DNA of 64,000 nucleotides from an uncultured candidate division Zixibacteria bacterium (GTDB lineage Bacteria; Zixibacteria; MSB-5A5; UBA10806): the NCBI GenBank assembly GCA_963817915.1, contig CAWFQL010000011.1:96001-160000 (forward strand), in the 5' to 3' direction. The position numbers and the translations under genes are program-made. The notes beneath the pieces were generated by a model that did not search any database, was not told where the DNA came from, and worked only from the letters and a program-made list of their open reading frames with translations. Below, piece after piece: positions 28,472 to 39,159 of the stretch (the stretch's first letter is position 1; every line of letters begins with the position of its first letter).

Positions 28472-28515
28472 AATGTCCTAAAATGGGGTTTTTCCAGCCC
28501 CGGCATCGCAACCCC

Positions 28516-28542
28516 GTAGAGACATGCGACCGCATGTTTCTA
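28516..28542 (+). repeat. REP-like GTAG-led palindrome
   Basis: GTAGAGACATGCG-AC-CGCATGTTTCTA, a 12-bp stem with one G.T pair; a degenerate GTAGAGCGTCTCTA follows at about 28568. Confidence 0.55.
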
Positions 28543-28681
28543 AAGACCATAATTATCCATTCGCGCCGTAGAGCGTCTCTAACAAAATAATGTAGATTTC
28601 GAACAAATCCCAATCATATTCAATCTTGCCTTATCTACTCCTTAATCATATATTCATTAGCCGTTTATTAATGGGAGGAAT

Positions 28682-30427
28682 ATGGCTGACATTCATTTTG
28701 AGAATAAGAGCCTAGTTGATGTCCTGAAGCAAAGTCGAGATATTCATGATACCAAGGTATTCATGCGGTATTTTGTCGATGAAAAATGGTGCGAAATCAG
28801 CTATTCCGATTTCTACGAAAAAGCCAGAAATATCGCGCGGGGATTATTGGCATTGGGTTTTCGGAAAGGGGACAAATGCGCCCTGCTTTCCGAAAATCGC
28901 CCTGAATGGGGTGCGGCTTACTTCGGAACATTAATGGCCGGCGGAATAAATGTCCCTCAAGACGCTCTTCTGAAAATTACATCATGGAAGCATATTATAA
29001 GAGAATCCGGCGCCAGTGTTTTGTTTGTTTCTAAAAATTTCATTCACGAATTTGATTCCAACTCCGATGAATTGGACGGACTAAAATATATAGTCTGCAT
29101 GGACAAAATCGAAAAATCTGGCAAGGTGTTGGCATTAAGAGATTTGGAAGAGCGGGGAAAGGCAAATAATAGCGATTTGTCCTTGCCAAAGCAATCTGAT
29201 TTGGCTGCAATTATTTTCACATCGGGCACCACAGGCCAGGCCAAGGGGGTTATGCTCACCCATGAGAATATTGTAAGCGATATAGAAGGTGCGCTAAAGA
29301 GTTTCGATATCTTTGCGGCCGATAATTTTCTCTCAGTACTGCCAATTCATCATACGTTCGAATGTACTTGCGGTTTTATGATTCCAATGGCTGGCGGTTC
29401 TTCAATTACATACGCTCGGGGGCTGGCGTCAAAATTAATTCTTGAGGATATCAAAAACCACAAAGCCTCGATATTGTTGGGAGTGCCGCTCCTTTTCGAA
29501 AAGATGTATTCGGGCATTATGAAAGCAATTTCCAAGAAGCCGGCTTTGACTCGCTTGATATTCTCAGCCAGCCTTGAAGTAAGTAAGGCTGTAAATAGCT
29601 TACTGGGTGTTGAGGCAGGCAAATCCATTTTCAAAGGGCTTCGCGAAAAGGCTGGTCTATCCAGTCTCAGGCTCTTGATTGCCGGCGGTGCCCCGATGCC
29701 GCCTGAAGTATCCAGGGCATTCAATTTATTGGGATTTAAGTTTATACAAGGCTATGGATTAACAGAATCATCGCCTGTCCTAACTCTTAATCCGATCGAT
29801 AGAAGAAAGGATGCTTCTATCGGATTGCCAATTTATGGCGCGGAACTCAAGATTGTAGATGCCGACAGCCGAGGAATCGGACAGATTGTCGCAAAAGGCA
29901 GAATGGTTATGAAAGGCTACTACAATAAACAATCGGAAACGGATAAAATTATTAAAGATGGCTGGCTTTATACCGGCGATTCGGGATGGGTCGATGAGGA
30001 AGGATATTATTATATCGCGGGCAGATTGAAAAATGTGATTGTCACCCCGGCCGGTAAAAATGTTTATCCGGAAGAGATCGAATCTGAATTGAATAAATCG
30101 CCCTATATTCTGGAATCGTTGGTATTGGGGCGGAAGCTTGAGGGTACAAGAGGGGAAGACATCGAAGCTGTTGTCGTTCCCAATTATGAATATTTCGATG
30201 CCTTATCAGTTGAAAGCGATACCAAATTCGATACGGAGCAGATCGAAAAAATCATAAAAAGCGAAGTTGCCCGGCTCAGCTCGGGATTGGCTGAATTTAA
30301 AAAAGTTAAATATGTCAAGATCAGGCAGGAAGAATTCGAAAAAACCTCGACTCGGAAAATAAAACGATATCTCTTTACCGGTTCAGCGGAATTGGTAAAT
30401 CATAAATTAGAAAAGGGGCCTCAATGA
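28682..30427 (+). CDS. fadD: Long-chain fatty acid-CoA ligase (AMP-binding)
   Basis: IIFTSGTTGQAKGVMLTHEN, QGYGLTESSP, VMKGYY, GWLYTGD, GRLKNVIV..GKNVYPEEIE. Confidence 0.9.
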   Translation: MADIHFENKSLVDVLKQSRDIHDTKVFMRYFVDEKWCEISYSDFYEKARNIARGLLALGFRKGDKCALLSENRPEWGAAYFGTLMAGGINVPQDALLKITSWKHIIRESGASVLFVSKNFIHEFDSNSDELDGLKYIVCMDKIEKSGKVLALRDLEERGKANNSDLSLPKQSDLAAIIFTSGTTGQAKGVMLTHENIVSDIEGALKSFDIFAADNFLSVLPIHHTFECTCGFMIPMAGGSSITYARGLASKLILEDIKNHKASILLGVPLLFEKMYSGIMKAISKKPALTRLIFSASLEVSKAVNSLLGVEAGKSIFKGLREKAGLSSLRLLIAGGAPMPPEVSRAFNLLGFKFIQGYGLTESSPVLTLNPIDRRKDASIGLPIYGAELKIVDADSRGIGQIVAKGRMVMKGYYNKQSETDKIIKDGWLYTGDSGWVDEEGYYYIAGRLKNVIVTPAGKNVYPEEIESELNKSPYILESLVLGRKLEGTRGEDIEAVVVPNYEYFDALSVESDTKFDTEQIEKIIKSEVARLSSGLAEFKKVKYVKIRQEEFEKTSTRKIKRYLFTGSAELVNHKLEKGPQ

Positions 30428-31503
30428 TATATGGTGTAATTCTGGCAGGCGGCCGTGGAGAACGATTTTGGCCGATGTCTCGGTATGAAAACCCCAAACA
30501 GCTGCTTAAGCTGACATCCGATAAGACCATGCTGGAAGAGACTATCGACCGGCTGGATGGATTTATTCCACACGAAAGAATTCTGGTAGTGACGGGACAG
30601 TATCTTAAAGACAAAATTCTTCAGGCGGCGCCGATATTAAACGAGAAGAATCTCTTGCTCGAACCAGAGGGGCGAAATACCTGTCTTGCTATTGGCCTGG
30701 CTGCGATTCATATTAAAAAGATGGATCCAGATGGAGTCATGGTAATATTGTCATCGGATCACGCTATTACTCCCAAAGAAAAATTGATATCTCTTTTGAA
30801 ATCGGGCGCTGAAATTGCTCTGAAGAGTAATCAACTTGTGACAATCGGCGTTGTCCCCACGCGCGCCGAGACGGCATATGGTTATATCGAACTCGGCGAA
30901 CAATTTTCTCAGCATGCCGGGATCAGTTTCTTTCATGTTAAGCAATTCAAGGAAAAGCCAAGTCCGACACGTGCTCAGGAATATTATCTTGGCAGACAGC
31001 ATCTGTGGAATTCCGGAATGTTCGTCTGGCGGGCCGACGCGATTTTGGAGGCCATAGAAAAATTCGTCCCCGATATATATGGCTGTATCAATGTCTATAA
31101 AGATAAAATAGGCAAAGCTGATGAAGATGCCGCCAGAACGCGGTTATATAAAGATTGCGCGAACATTTCTATCGATTTCGCCGTATTGGAAAAATCCCCT
31201 AATGTCCTGACGACGAGGGGAGAGATTAAATGGGATGATGTTGGATCGTGGCTGGCGATAGAGAGAATTCATGACGGTGATAATCATAATAATGTAATTT
31301 TGGGCGACACTCTCCTCGAAGGCAGCTACGAGAATATCGTGGTCAATAATGCCGAGGGAGTGATCGTGGGATTGGGAGTTTCCGACTTAGTGATTGTGAG
31401 AACAGGTGAAATCGTGATGGTTGCCCACAAAACCAAGGTCGGAGAAATAAAGGAATTGCTGGCCAAAATATCCGGCAATGATAAATATGAAAAATATCTT
31501 TAG
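30424..31503 (+). CDS. manC: Mannose-1-phosphate guanylyltransferase
   Basis: VILAGG.G.RFWP.SR..PKQ, LEPEGRNT, YGYI, FKEKP, WNSGMF, SIDFAVLEK, WDDVGSW. Confidence 0.95.
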   Translation: MIYGVILAGGRGERFWPMSRYENPKQLLKLTSDKTMLEETIDRLDGFIPHERILVVTGQYLKDKILQAAPILNEKNLLLEPEGRNTCLAIGLAAIHIKKMDPDGVMVILSSDHAITPKEKLISLLKSGAEIALKSNQLVTIGVVPTRAETAYGYIELGEQFSQHAGISFFHVKQFKEKPSPTRAQEYYLGRQHLWNSGMFVWRADAILEAIEKFVPDIYGCINVYKDKIGKADEDAARTRLYKDCANISIDFAVLEKSPNVLTTRGEIKWDDVGSWLAIERIHDGDNHNNVILGDTLLEGSYENIVVNNAEGVIVGLGVSDLVIVRTGEIVMVAHKTKVGEIKELLAKISGNDKYEKYL

Positions 31504-31969
31504 TAAATCTCTGGCGGGCGTCTCTATAATAATTATAGCATTTACCTGCACCAAAACCGTGGTCAAAAATAACTCCGGAGGAAATATCGACAGCCGAACC
31601 GCCAATGAAGCGCGATTCGACCCCATGGCGTTCGAAGGGGACAACAATATAATTACTTCCGACGTACCTCGAGCCAATGATTCATTGAAGATCAATGACG
31701 AAATAAAAATGCCCGAATTCTTATCGAATAGCAATAGCGCCGAGCAAGTTTTTTCAGTTCAGATATTTTCATCCAAATCGAATCTGGAAGCCGCTGAATT
31801 TTTTGAAAATGCCAAGACTATGCTTACTGACAGCGTCAGAGTCGATTACCAGCCGCCCTACTATAAAATACGAGTAGGCAGATGTGTTGGCCTGGATGAG
31901 GGGCAAGTCTATTTGGAAAAAATAAAAAATATGGGATTTCCCAAAGCCTGGCTCGTGAGAGCGCGATAA
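31487..31969 (+). CDS. SPOR-domain (lipo)protein
   Basis: Signal peptide ending AFT-C; C-terminal FSVQIFS...PYYKIRVG...GFPKAWLV. Confidence 0.85.
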   Translation: MKNIFSKSLAGVSIIIIAFTCTKTVVKNNSGGNIDSRTANEARFDPMAFEGDNNIITSDVPRANDSLKINDEIKMPEFLSNSNSAEQVFSVQIFSSKSNLEAAEFFENAKTMLTDSVRVDYQPPYYKIRVGRCVGLDEGQVYLEKIKNMGFPKAWLVRAR

Positions 31970-31994
31970 TGTCCGAAATCGATATGAGGTAAGC

Positions 31995-32600
31995 TTGGTT
32001 TCAGATGCTGAATTAAAAAAAATTACCGGTCTTTTCAAAAAAGAAGCTGTTTTGCTTTTCCCTACAGATACGGTCATGGGAATTGGCTGCCGATTTGATT
32101 CCGAAAAGGGTATTGCCAGGTTAAGAGAAATCAAGGGTATCGATGGTAAGAATCCATTGGCTGTCTTGATTTCCGATATCGAACAACTTGATATGCTCAA
32201 GGTTCGAAAAAGCAGCGTCTCCAATTTATTGATGAGCAAATTCTGGCCGGGGCCGCTAACAATCGTATTGACATCGGAAGATACGTACCCGTGCAGTGGT
32301 GAGGGGAATTCATTGGGCTTGCGTCTGCCTGACGCTGCCGGGTTGCGCAGAATTATCGAAATGGTTGGTATTCCACTGGCGGCCACAAGCGCAAATGTCC
32401 ATGGCCAGCCGGATGCCACCAGGCTTGCGAACGTCTCCAGAAAAATTGTAAAGGCTACGGATTACACGGTCGATATCCCCATTAATCCCTCGGGAATTTC
32501 GTCAACTGTTGTCAAAATAGAGGGCGGCATCGTTAAAATTCTGCGGGAGGGCCTGATCACCAGAGCAGAACTCAAAGAAGTTGTAGGGGATAGGATTTGA
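31995..32600 (+). CDS. tsaC: L-threonylcarbamoyladenylate synthase (Sua5/YrdC)
   Basis: FPTDTV.GIGC, NPL, FWPGPLT.VL, G.R.P, PLAATSAN, SSTVV, ILREG. Confidence 0.93.
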   Translation: MVSDAELKKITGLFKKEAVLLFPTDTVMGIGCRFDSEKGIARLREIKGIDGKNPLAVLISDIEQLDMLKVRKSSVSNLLMSKFWPGPLTIVLTSEDTYPCSGEGNSLGLRLPDAAGLRRIIEMVGIPLAATSANVHGQPDATRLANVSRKIVKATDYTVDIPINPSGISSTVVKIEGGIVKILREGLITRAELKEVVGDRI

Positions 32601-33100
32601 CAGGCAAGAATTATAAAGTTCTATTTATATGCACCGGCAATACCTGCAGGTCGCCGATGGCCGAAGGGATTTTGAAGTATCATCTCAAGGAAAAGGGGAT
32701 TGATTTCATTGAAGTCTCATCCGCGGGAACATCGGCTATGGATGGCGCCTGGGCTACTCCCTTTGCAATCGAAGCGGCCAAGGCATGGGGGATCGATATC
32801 AGCGGCCACAATGCTCGTTTCCTAACTGGCTCCATTATTGATGACGCCGATTTGATTCTGGCAATGGCGGCCGAACATGTGGAGACAGTCTTTAAAATAA
32901 GATCGTCGGCGAAATCAAAAACATTCATGATAAAAGCCTTTCCCGAATCATATTCGCCGAATCAGGAAAAGGTATCAGACCCTATTGGAAGCGACCTTGA
33001 GCAATACAACCAGACATTTATGGAATTGGATGAACTATTGCGGCGAATCGAAGGTAGAATAATAAATATGGCTCAATCGGATGGAAAAAAAACTAAATGA
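32597..33100 (+). CDS. Low-molecular-weight protein Arg/Tyr phosphatase (YwlE-like)
   Basis: VLFICTGNTCRSPMAE, SSAG, ADLILAM...H, DPIG. Confidence 0.93.
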   Translation: MTGKNYKVLFICTGNTCRSPMAEGILKYHLKEKGIDFIEVSSAGTSAMDGAWATPFAIEAAKAWGIDISGHNARFLTGSIIDDADLILAMAAEHVETVFKIRSSAKSKTFMIKAFPESYSPNQEKVSDPIGSDLEQYNQTFMELDELLRRIEGRIINMAQSDGKKTK

Positions 33101-34009
33101 TCGCGAATGTAATCATGGCGACTTTCATAGGCTTTTTCCCCGGGCTGATTTATTCTGACAATGTTGTTTCTGATTCTGCCAAACAAGAGGTGACATCGCC
33201 GGATTCAACTATTAACATCCCCAAAGATTCGACGGCGGCAAACGGCCCAAAATCCCAAACAGCAGATTCTGCCGTCGCAGCTAAAATAGTTTTTCCCGTT
33301 TTCTCTGATTCGGCTTGGTGGTTTCGCGAGGTCGATAACAAGGCATTCGGGGTTGGCGAAAGACTTGAATTCTCCGTAAAATATGGAATAATGCCAGCCG
33401 GCACTGCGATAATCGAAATACCCAGCATCATTAATTTTGACGATAATCTTTGCTATAATGTTATCACAACCGCCAATACAAATGATGTTATATCGGTATT
33501 CTATAAAGTTCGAGACAGTGTGACTACCGTAGTCGATGTCAAAGGGCTTTTTACCAGGCAATTCAAGAAGCATTTGAGAGAGGGTACTTATAAAAATGAC
33601 CGCATGACTTTATTTAATCAGCGGAAGCATCTGGCAGTCACCGGGAATGATACAATTCCGACATATTCCTTTGTTCAGGATCCGTTGTCGAGTCTTTATT
33701 ATGTGCGCACCAAAGAGCTTGTTCCCGGGCAGCCGTTGATGATAGATTGTCATGCCGACAAAAAAAATTATCCTTTGAAAATTAATGTACTTAGAAAAGA
33801 AACTGTGGAGGTTAGGGCCGGAAAATTCAATTGTGTCGTGGTCGAGCCTGTCATGCGAACTGAGGGGATATTTCGAGCCAAAGGGCCGAATTTGGATATG
33901 GCTTACCGATGACCAATATAAAATGCCTGTTATGATGAAAACCGAGGTATATTTCCTGGGATCGATATCCGCGTCTCTTACTAAATTCACGCGCGGCAAA
34001 ATCGGGTAA
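33097..34009 (+). CDS. DUF3108-like secreted protein, split by a +1 frameshift near 33874
   Basis: AF..GE.L.F..KYG...AG, FYKVRD, QD.LS.LYY.R, ETV.V.AG.F.C.VVEP; the +1 frame continues GRIWIWLTDD..KMPV. Confidence 0.78.
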
Positions 34010-34013
34010 TAAA

Positions 34014-34977
34014 TTGAGCAAGTATAAAAAAATAGATATTTCTAAAATCAGGACAATCAAAGTTTCCGATCGTCCTACGAAGGCCGATATTCATAAATCT
34101 GGAAAAGCGATCGATCCCGGGGCGTCGATGGCCGAATTTTTCGATAGCCTTCCTGATTATTTGAAATCCGCAGATTTGAAAAAGTTAGCATTATCTAATT
34201 GCGACCGCAAAAGTCAACAAGAAGCCGATCATCTGGATGATGGGCGCGCATCCATTGAAGGTGGGTCTTTCGCCGATATTGAATGATTTGATAGATTTGG
34301 GCTTTATAGATCATATCGCGTTCAATGGCGCCGGCGCGATTCATGATATCGAGATGGCGTTTTTCGGCAGAACTTCCGAGGAAGTCGCCGCCGGCCTGGC
34401 CGATGGCACATTCGGGATGGTCGAAGAGACTCCTGCCCTTTTCTTCTCCGCAGTTAAGATGGCTGATACCAATAATCTCGGGCTCGGCGAAGGTTTGGGC
34501 AGATTTATCAAGGAAAAATCGCCGGAGTTTAAAGAATATTCCGTAATCCACAAATGCTATGAGAAAAATATCCCGTTGACAGTCCATGTCGCTATCGGAA
34601 CAGATACCATTTGTCAGCACAAGGATTTCGACGGCGCCTTAATGGGTAAATTGAGTCATCAGGATTTTCTGATATTTTGCCAGACGGTCTCCGGTTTATC
34701 CGGAGGAGTAGTTTTGAATATTGGCTCATCGGTCATTTTGCCTGAAGTCTTTCTAAAAGCATTGACCGTAGCTCGAAATATTAATGGGAAGATAGATAAT
34801 TTTGCCGCGGCCAATTTTGATATGATTCAGCATTACAGGCCCAATACCAATGTCGTGCAGAGGCCTGTAGCCGGTAACGGAATCGGGTTTAGCTTCACCG
34901 GCCATCACGAACTGATGATTCCCCTTTTGGCGGCGGCAATAAAAACCAATTATATGATGATTTCAAAAAAGGAATAG
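34014..34977 (+). CDS. Deoxyhypusine-synthase-like fold protein (GSU2086-type), split by a +1 frameshift near 34194
   Basis: R.TK, F.DSLP..L, then MGAH.LKVGLSP, NGAGAIHD.E, TSE.V...L.DG.FGM.EET, P.TVHVAIGTD, GS.VILPEVFLKA, NFD.I.HYRP, GHHE.MIPLL. Confidence 0.7.
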
Positions 34978-34979
34978 TA

Positions 34980-36509
34980 ATGTCCAAACTTGTCGAATGT
35001 GTTCCGAATTTTTCCGAAGGCAGGGACCCTCAAAAACTCGCAGTTATTTTAAGAGAGATAGAATCTGTCGAAGGCGTTCAGCTTCTCGATCAGGAAATGG
35101 ATAAAGATCATAACCGCGCCGTGGTCACGTTCGTAGGCGAGCCTGAGCCGGTTCTCGAAGCGGCATTCAAGGCTATGGCCGCGGCGACAGGCATTATCGA
35201 TATGGAAAAACATCGCGGCGAGCATCCCAGGATGGGTGCTACCGATGTCGTGCCATTTGTCCCGATTTCCGATGTCACGATGGATGAATGTGTCGAGCTG
35301 GCCAAGAGGCTGGGGGAACGGGTCGGCCGCGAGCTTCAGATACCGGTTTATCTATATGAAGCGGCCGCGAGTCGTCCTGAACGATCCAATCTTGCCGATG
35401 TGCGTAAGGGCGAATATGAAGGTATTCGCGATACCATTGAAACCGATCAATCGAGAATTCCAGACTATGGCCCCCGTAAGACACATCCTACTGCCGGCGC
35501 GACTGCTATCGGCGCTCGTCCTTATCTGGTGGCATTCAATGTTTATCTCGGTACAACCAATCTTCAAATTGCCAAGAATATTGCCAAAGCAATTAGATTC
35601 GGTGATGGCGGACTGCGCTATGTCAAAGCGCTCGGTTTCGAAATCAAGGAACGTCATTTGGTGCAGGTCTCGATGAATCTTGTCAATTTTGAATTGACTC
35701 CGATATTTCGAGCCTATGAAATGATTAAATCCGAAGCCCGTCGCTACGGCGTCCCTTTGGTATCATCTGAAATCGTAGGTTTGACTCCGATGAAAGCCCT
35801 GACCGATACGGCCGAATTCTTCCTGGGACTTGACAATTTCAAACAAGAACAAATATTGGAGTATAAGCTAAAATCAACTCAGCTGGCCGCCAAGCAAGGC
35901 ATGAAAGGATTTCTTGATACGGTCGCGGCTAATACGCCAACACCCGGCGGGGGATCGGTATCATCGCTGGCCGGGGCGCTGGCCGGGGCATTGGCAACAA
36001 TGGTCTGCGGACTGACAGTTGGAAAGAAAAAATACCTCGATGTCTCCGAGGAATTAAAAGGCGTATTGAAAAAAACCGACGCGTTGCGCATGGAGTTAAC
36101 TTATCTGATAGAAAAGGACGCGCAAGGTTTTGAAAGCGTGGTAGCCGCGAGAAAGATGCCGAAATATACCGATTTCGAAATTGAGCAGAGAAATTCTAAA
36201 ATTCAGGAAGCAACATTGATTGCCACATCGACTCCGCTCGAAGTTATGGAAAAGACAGTGGCTGTAATGGAACTGCTCCCGATAATAGCTGAAAAAGGGA
36301 ATGTCAATTCCATATCAGATATCGGGGTCGCCAATCTGATGGCTTATTCCGCGGTCAGAGGCGCTCATATGAATGTCAGGATTAATATTCCAGGTATCGA
36401 AAATAAAGATAAAGCCAATGAATTTATTTCCAAGGGGAAAAATCTCCTTCTACAAGCCCAGAAGCTTTATGAAAAAACCAATAAAATAGTAGAAGAGAAA
36501 TTAGGATGA
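34980..36509 (+). CDS. ftcD: Bifunctional glutamate formimidoyltransferase / formimidoyl-THF cyclodeaminase
   Basis: VECVPNFSEGR, D.DHNR.V.T, GEHPRMGA.DV.PF, QVSMNL, fused to PTPGGGSVS.LAGA...GN.NS.SD..VA...NV.IN. Confidence 0.93.
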   Translation: MSKLVECVPNFSEGRDPQKLAVILREIESVEGVQLLDQEMDKDHNRAVVTFVGEPEPVLEAAFKAMAAATGIIDMEKHRGEHPRMGATDVVPFVPISDVTMDECVELAKRLGERVGRELQIPVYLYEAAASRPERSNLADVRKGEYEGIRDTIETDQSRIPDYGPRKTHPTAGATAIGARPYLVAFNVYLGTTNLQIAKNIAKAIRFGDGGLRYVKALGFEIKERHLVQVSMNLVNFELTPIFRAYEMIKSEARRYGVPLVSSEIVGLTPMKALTDTAEFFLGLDNFKQEQILEYKLKSTQLAAKQGMKGFLDTVAANTPTPGGGSVSSLAGALAGALATMVCGLTVGKKKYLDVSEELKGVLKKTDALRMELTYLIEKDAQGFESVVAARKMPKYTDFEIEQRNSKIQEATLIATSTPLEVMEKTVAVMELLPIIAEKGNVNSISDIGVANLMAYSAVRGAHMNVRINIPGIENKDKANEFISKGKNLLLQAQKLYEKTNKIVEEKLG

Positions 36510-37333
36510 AACGTGATAACATAGATTTGCATATTCATACCAATGCTTCCGACGGGCTTTTTACGCCTGCCGAAGTTGTTGAATACGCCAAGCGTATGGA
36601 GCTTCGTGCCATAGCCATTTCGGATCATGACACGATTGATGGCTTCGCCGAGGCCGTTACGCTGGTAGATAGTGAAGTGCTCGAAGTAATTTCCGGAGTG
36701 GAGCTTTCATGTATTTATAAGGGGATGGATGTTCATATTTTGGGATATATGATCGATTATGAAAACCCCGAATTCGTTAAAAAAATTCGCTTTTTCCGTC
36801 AGGAACGATATGAACGCGGCGAAGCCATGGTCGCCAAGCTTAACGATCTCGGCATTAATCTATCAATGGATACTGTTATTTCGATCGCTGGAAATAGCGC
36901 TGTTGGACGGCCCCACCTTGCCGATGCCTTGGTGAAAGAGGAATTTGTTCAGACCTATGATGAAGCGTTCGCTCGCTATCTCGGATATCACGCGCCGGCT
37001 TATGTCCCTAAAACAGCGCTGCCGCCGGAAGTCGGTATCGATTTGATTCATCTGGTTCGCGGCGTAGCGGTTCTGGCGCATCCCGGCACCCTTAAGCACG
37101 ATGAATTTATCGAGGATTTTGTAGGCATGGGGCTGGATGGTGTCGAAGCCTATCATTCATTGCATGATAAATCGACGGTCATTAAATATAAAAATTACGC
37201 TCAGAAATATGGCATTATTTATACCGGGGGATCGGATTGCCATGGACCTCGAAAAGGAAAAGCTCTCATGGGGTCTGTCAAAGTGCCTTACAAGTGCCTC
37301 CGCGATATTAAGAGAGTGAAGGAGGAAAAATGA
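36506..37333 (+). CDS. PHP-domain phosphoesterase (YciV/TrpH-like)
   Basis: DLHIHT.ASDG, AISDHDT, GVELS, HILGY, GRPHLA, VLAHP, TGGSD.HG. Confidence 0.92.
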   Translation: MKRDNIDLHIHTNASDGLFTPAEVVEYAKRMELRAIAISDHDTIDGFAEAVTLVDSEVLEVISGVELSCIYKGMDVHILGYMIDYENPEFVKKIRFFRQERYERGEAMVAKLNDLGINLSMDTVISIAGNSAVGRPHLADALVKEEFVQTYDEAFARYLGYHAPAYVPKTALPPEVGIDLIHLVRGVAVLAHPGTLKHDEFIEDFVGMGLDGVEAYHSLHDKSTVIKYKNYAQKYGIIYTGGSDCHGPRKGKALMGSVKVPYKCLRDIKRVKEEK

Positions 37334-39159
37334 CACGCCTTATTCTTGCGGGAATATTGATAATACTCCTGGCTTCCGTATCATTTGCAGGGGATGAGTC
37401 TTCAGGTGATAATCTGTATCTATATAATAAATTGGCCCAAATAAAAGGATTAACGCCTGCTCCTGTTTCGGAAGCCGGTCTTCCCGGACCCAAATGCGGG
37501 ACATCGATCGCGCTGGCCGTATCGGCCACTCTTCGGCAATCCAATAATCCGCTACTCGCGAATGTTTTGGCGCGTCCCAACTTGCCGGATACGCTGGGAG
37601 GCGCGCATTTCCTGATTCATTATACAACTACGGGGCCCGATTCATGTTACAGGCCGGGCGTTATTAATCCAGCGAACGGCGCTCCGTATTATATTGATTC
37701 TGTCCTTCAGATATTTGAATACAGTTGGAATATTGAAATAGATACTGCCCATCTCGGATACAACGCTCCGCCTATTGATTCCGGCAGGGGAGGAGATAAT
37801 AGATATGATGTTTATATCAAAAATCTGCCTTCGCCGATTCTGGGCTTGACATATCAGGAAGGGTTGGTTGATAACTATCATTATTATAGCTATATTGAAT
37901 TAGAGAATGATTTTGCTGGGACCCAATATGCCTCCAATCCGATTTCTGAAGTAAAGGTGACGGCCGCGCATGAATTCTTTCACGCTATACAATTCGGGTA
38001 TGATGCCTTTGAATTTCATTACACAAATATCAATATCGATACAACATACAAGCCATGGTGGCTCGAAGCCACCTCCACCTGGATGGAAACACAAGTATAT
38101 CCGGAAATTCCGGACTATCTCGGCTACCTGCCATACTTTTATAACTATCCCTGGATGGGTATGGGGTCGTTCTCTTACAATTACTATGATCCCCGATCGC
38201 TTCATCCTTATGCATGCTGTATCTGGCCTATTTATCTTTCGCAAAAATATGGGAGTAACATCATCAGGCAGATGTGGGAGGGCTGTGCTACTATAGCGGG
38301 CTACAATCTGCTCCCGGCATCCGATGCAATCTTCAATGGATTAGGAAGCAATTTTCAGGATGAATTTACCGAATTCGCCGTTTGGAATTTTCATACTGCC
38401 GATCGGGCGAATCTAAACACGTTTTATGCTCAGGGGAATTTATACCCTCGAGTCCTTCCCACTTCATCGATTGGTGATTTGACCTCAGTGCCGGTTTCGA
38501 TAGGCGGTCCTCAGGACCCGCCTGAAAATCTGGCTGCTAACTATATAGTTATCAAAGCGGGCGATACACCAGGCGGAGTCCTGGTAAATTTCATAGGACA
38601 AATTATTCAGGATCCAAAGTGGTATGTCGCACTTCTCGGATATCGACATGGCGATAGCCGCTGGAGAAAGATGGATATATTTCCAGACAACGGGACTGGT
38701 CAGGGATATTGGTGTAATTGGAGCGGATATGATTCGGTCGTTGTAATCCCGACCGTTTCGGGCTTGAATCCCACCTATGTGAGCTACTCCTATTCGGGCG
38801 ATGTGTCCTATGATGCCAGCCTGATCAATTGCGGAGTATCGGCCCAAGGATTTAAAATAACTTCTTCTTACCCATCGCCTTTCATAATTGATGGCAACGC
38901 ATCCACCAAAATGACTATTCAATATTCATTGGGTGAACGATTCAATGAATCGGATATTATTATCAGCATTTTCGATGTCAACGGGGATTTGGTACGAGTC
39001 ATGGATAGATCAGAGAGATTTCTGCCATCGGGAATAATCAGATGGGACGGCAAGAATGAAGATGGCGAGTATGTCGCTGGCGGCATATATATGCTGGTCA
39101 TGACCGCGGATAAAAATACATACAAAGCCAAAATAGCAGTCGTTAACGATTCCAGATGA
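37330..39159 (+). CDS. Secreted zinc metalloprotease (MXAN_6640-like) with C-terminal FlgD-Ig domain
   Basis: Signal peptide, KCGT, HF.IHY, YDVYI, VTAAHEFFHAIQFGY, WWLEATSTWME; C-terminal YPSPF...WDGKNE.G..VA.G.Y. Confidence 0.85.
   Translation: MTRLILAGILIILLASVSFAGDESSGDNLYLYNKLAQIKGLTPAPVSEAGLPGPKCGTSIALAVSATLRQSNNPLLANVLARPNLPDTLGGAHFLIHYTTTGPDSCYRPGVINPANGAPYYIDSVLQIFEYSWNIEIDTAHLGYNAPPIDSGRGGDNRYDVYIKNLPSPILGLTYQEGLVDNYHYYSYIELENDFAGTQYASNPISEVKVTAAHEFFHAIQFGYDAFEFHYTNINIDTTYKPWWLEATSTWMETQVYPEIPDYLGYLPYFYNYPWMGMGSFSYNYYDPRSLHPYACCIWPIYLSQKYGSNIIRQMWEGCATIAGYNLLPASDAIFNGLGSNFQDEFTEFAVWNFHTADRANLNTFYAQGNLYPRVLPTSSIGDLTSVPVSIGGPQDPPENLAANYIVIKAGDTPGGVLVNFIGQIIQDPKWYVALLGYRHGDSRWRKMDIFPDNGTGQGYWCNWSGYDSVVVIPTVSGLNPTYVSYSYSGDVSYDASLINCGVSAQGFKITSSYPSPFIIDGNASTKMTIQYSLGERFNESDIIISIFDVNGDLVRVMDRSERFLPSGIIRWDGKNEDGEYVAGGIYMLVMTADKNTYKAKIAVVNDSR

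Noticed and set aside
31769..32419. 216-aa minus-strand ORF and other long antisense ORFs (e.g. 27872..28414, 16438..16920, 38485..38922)
   Set aside because: They are shadows of well-supported genes on the opposite strand, with no motifs or RBS.
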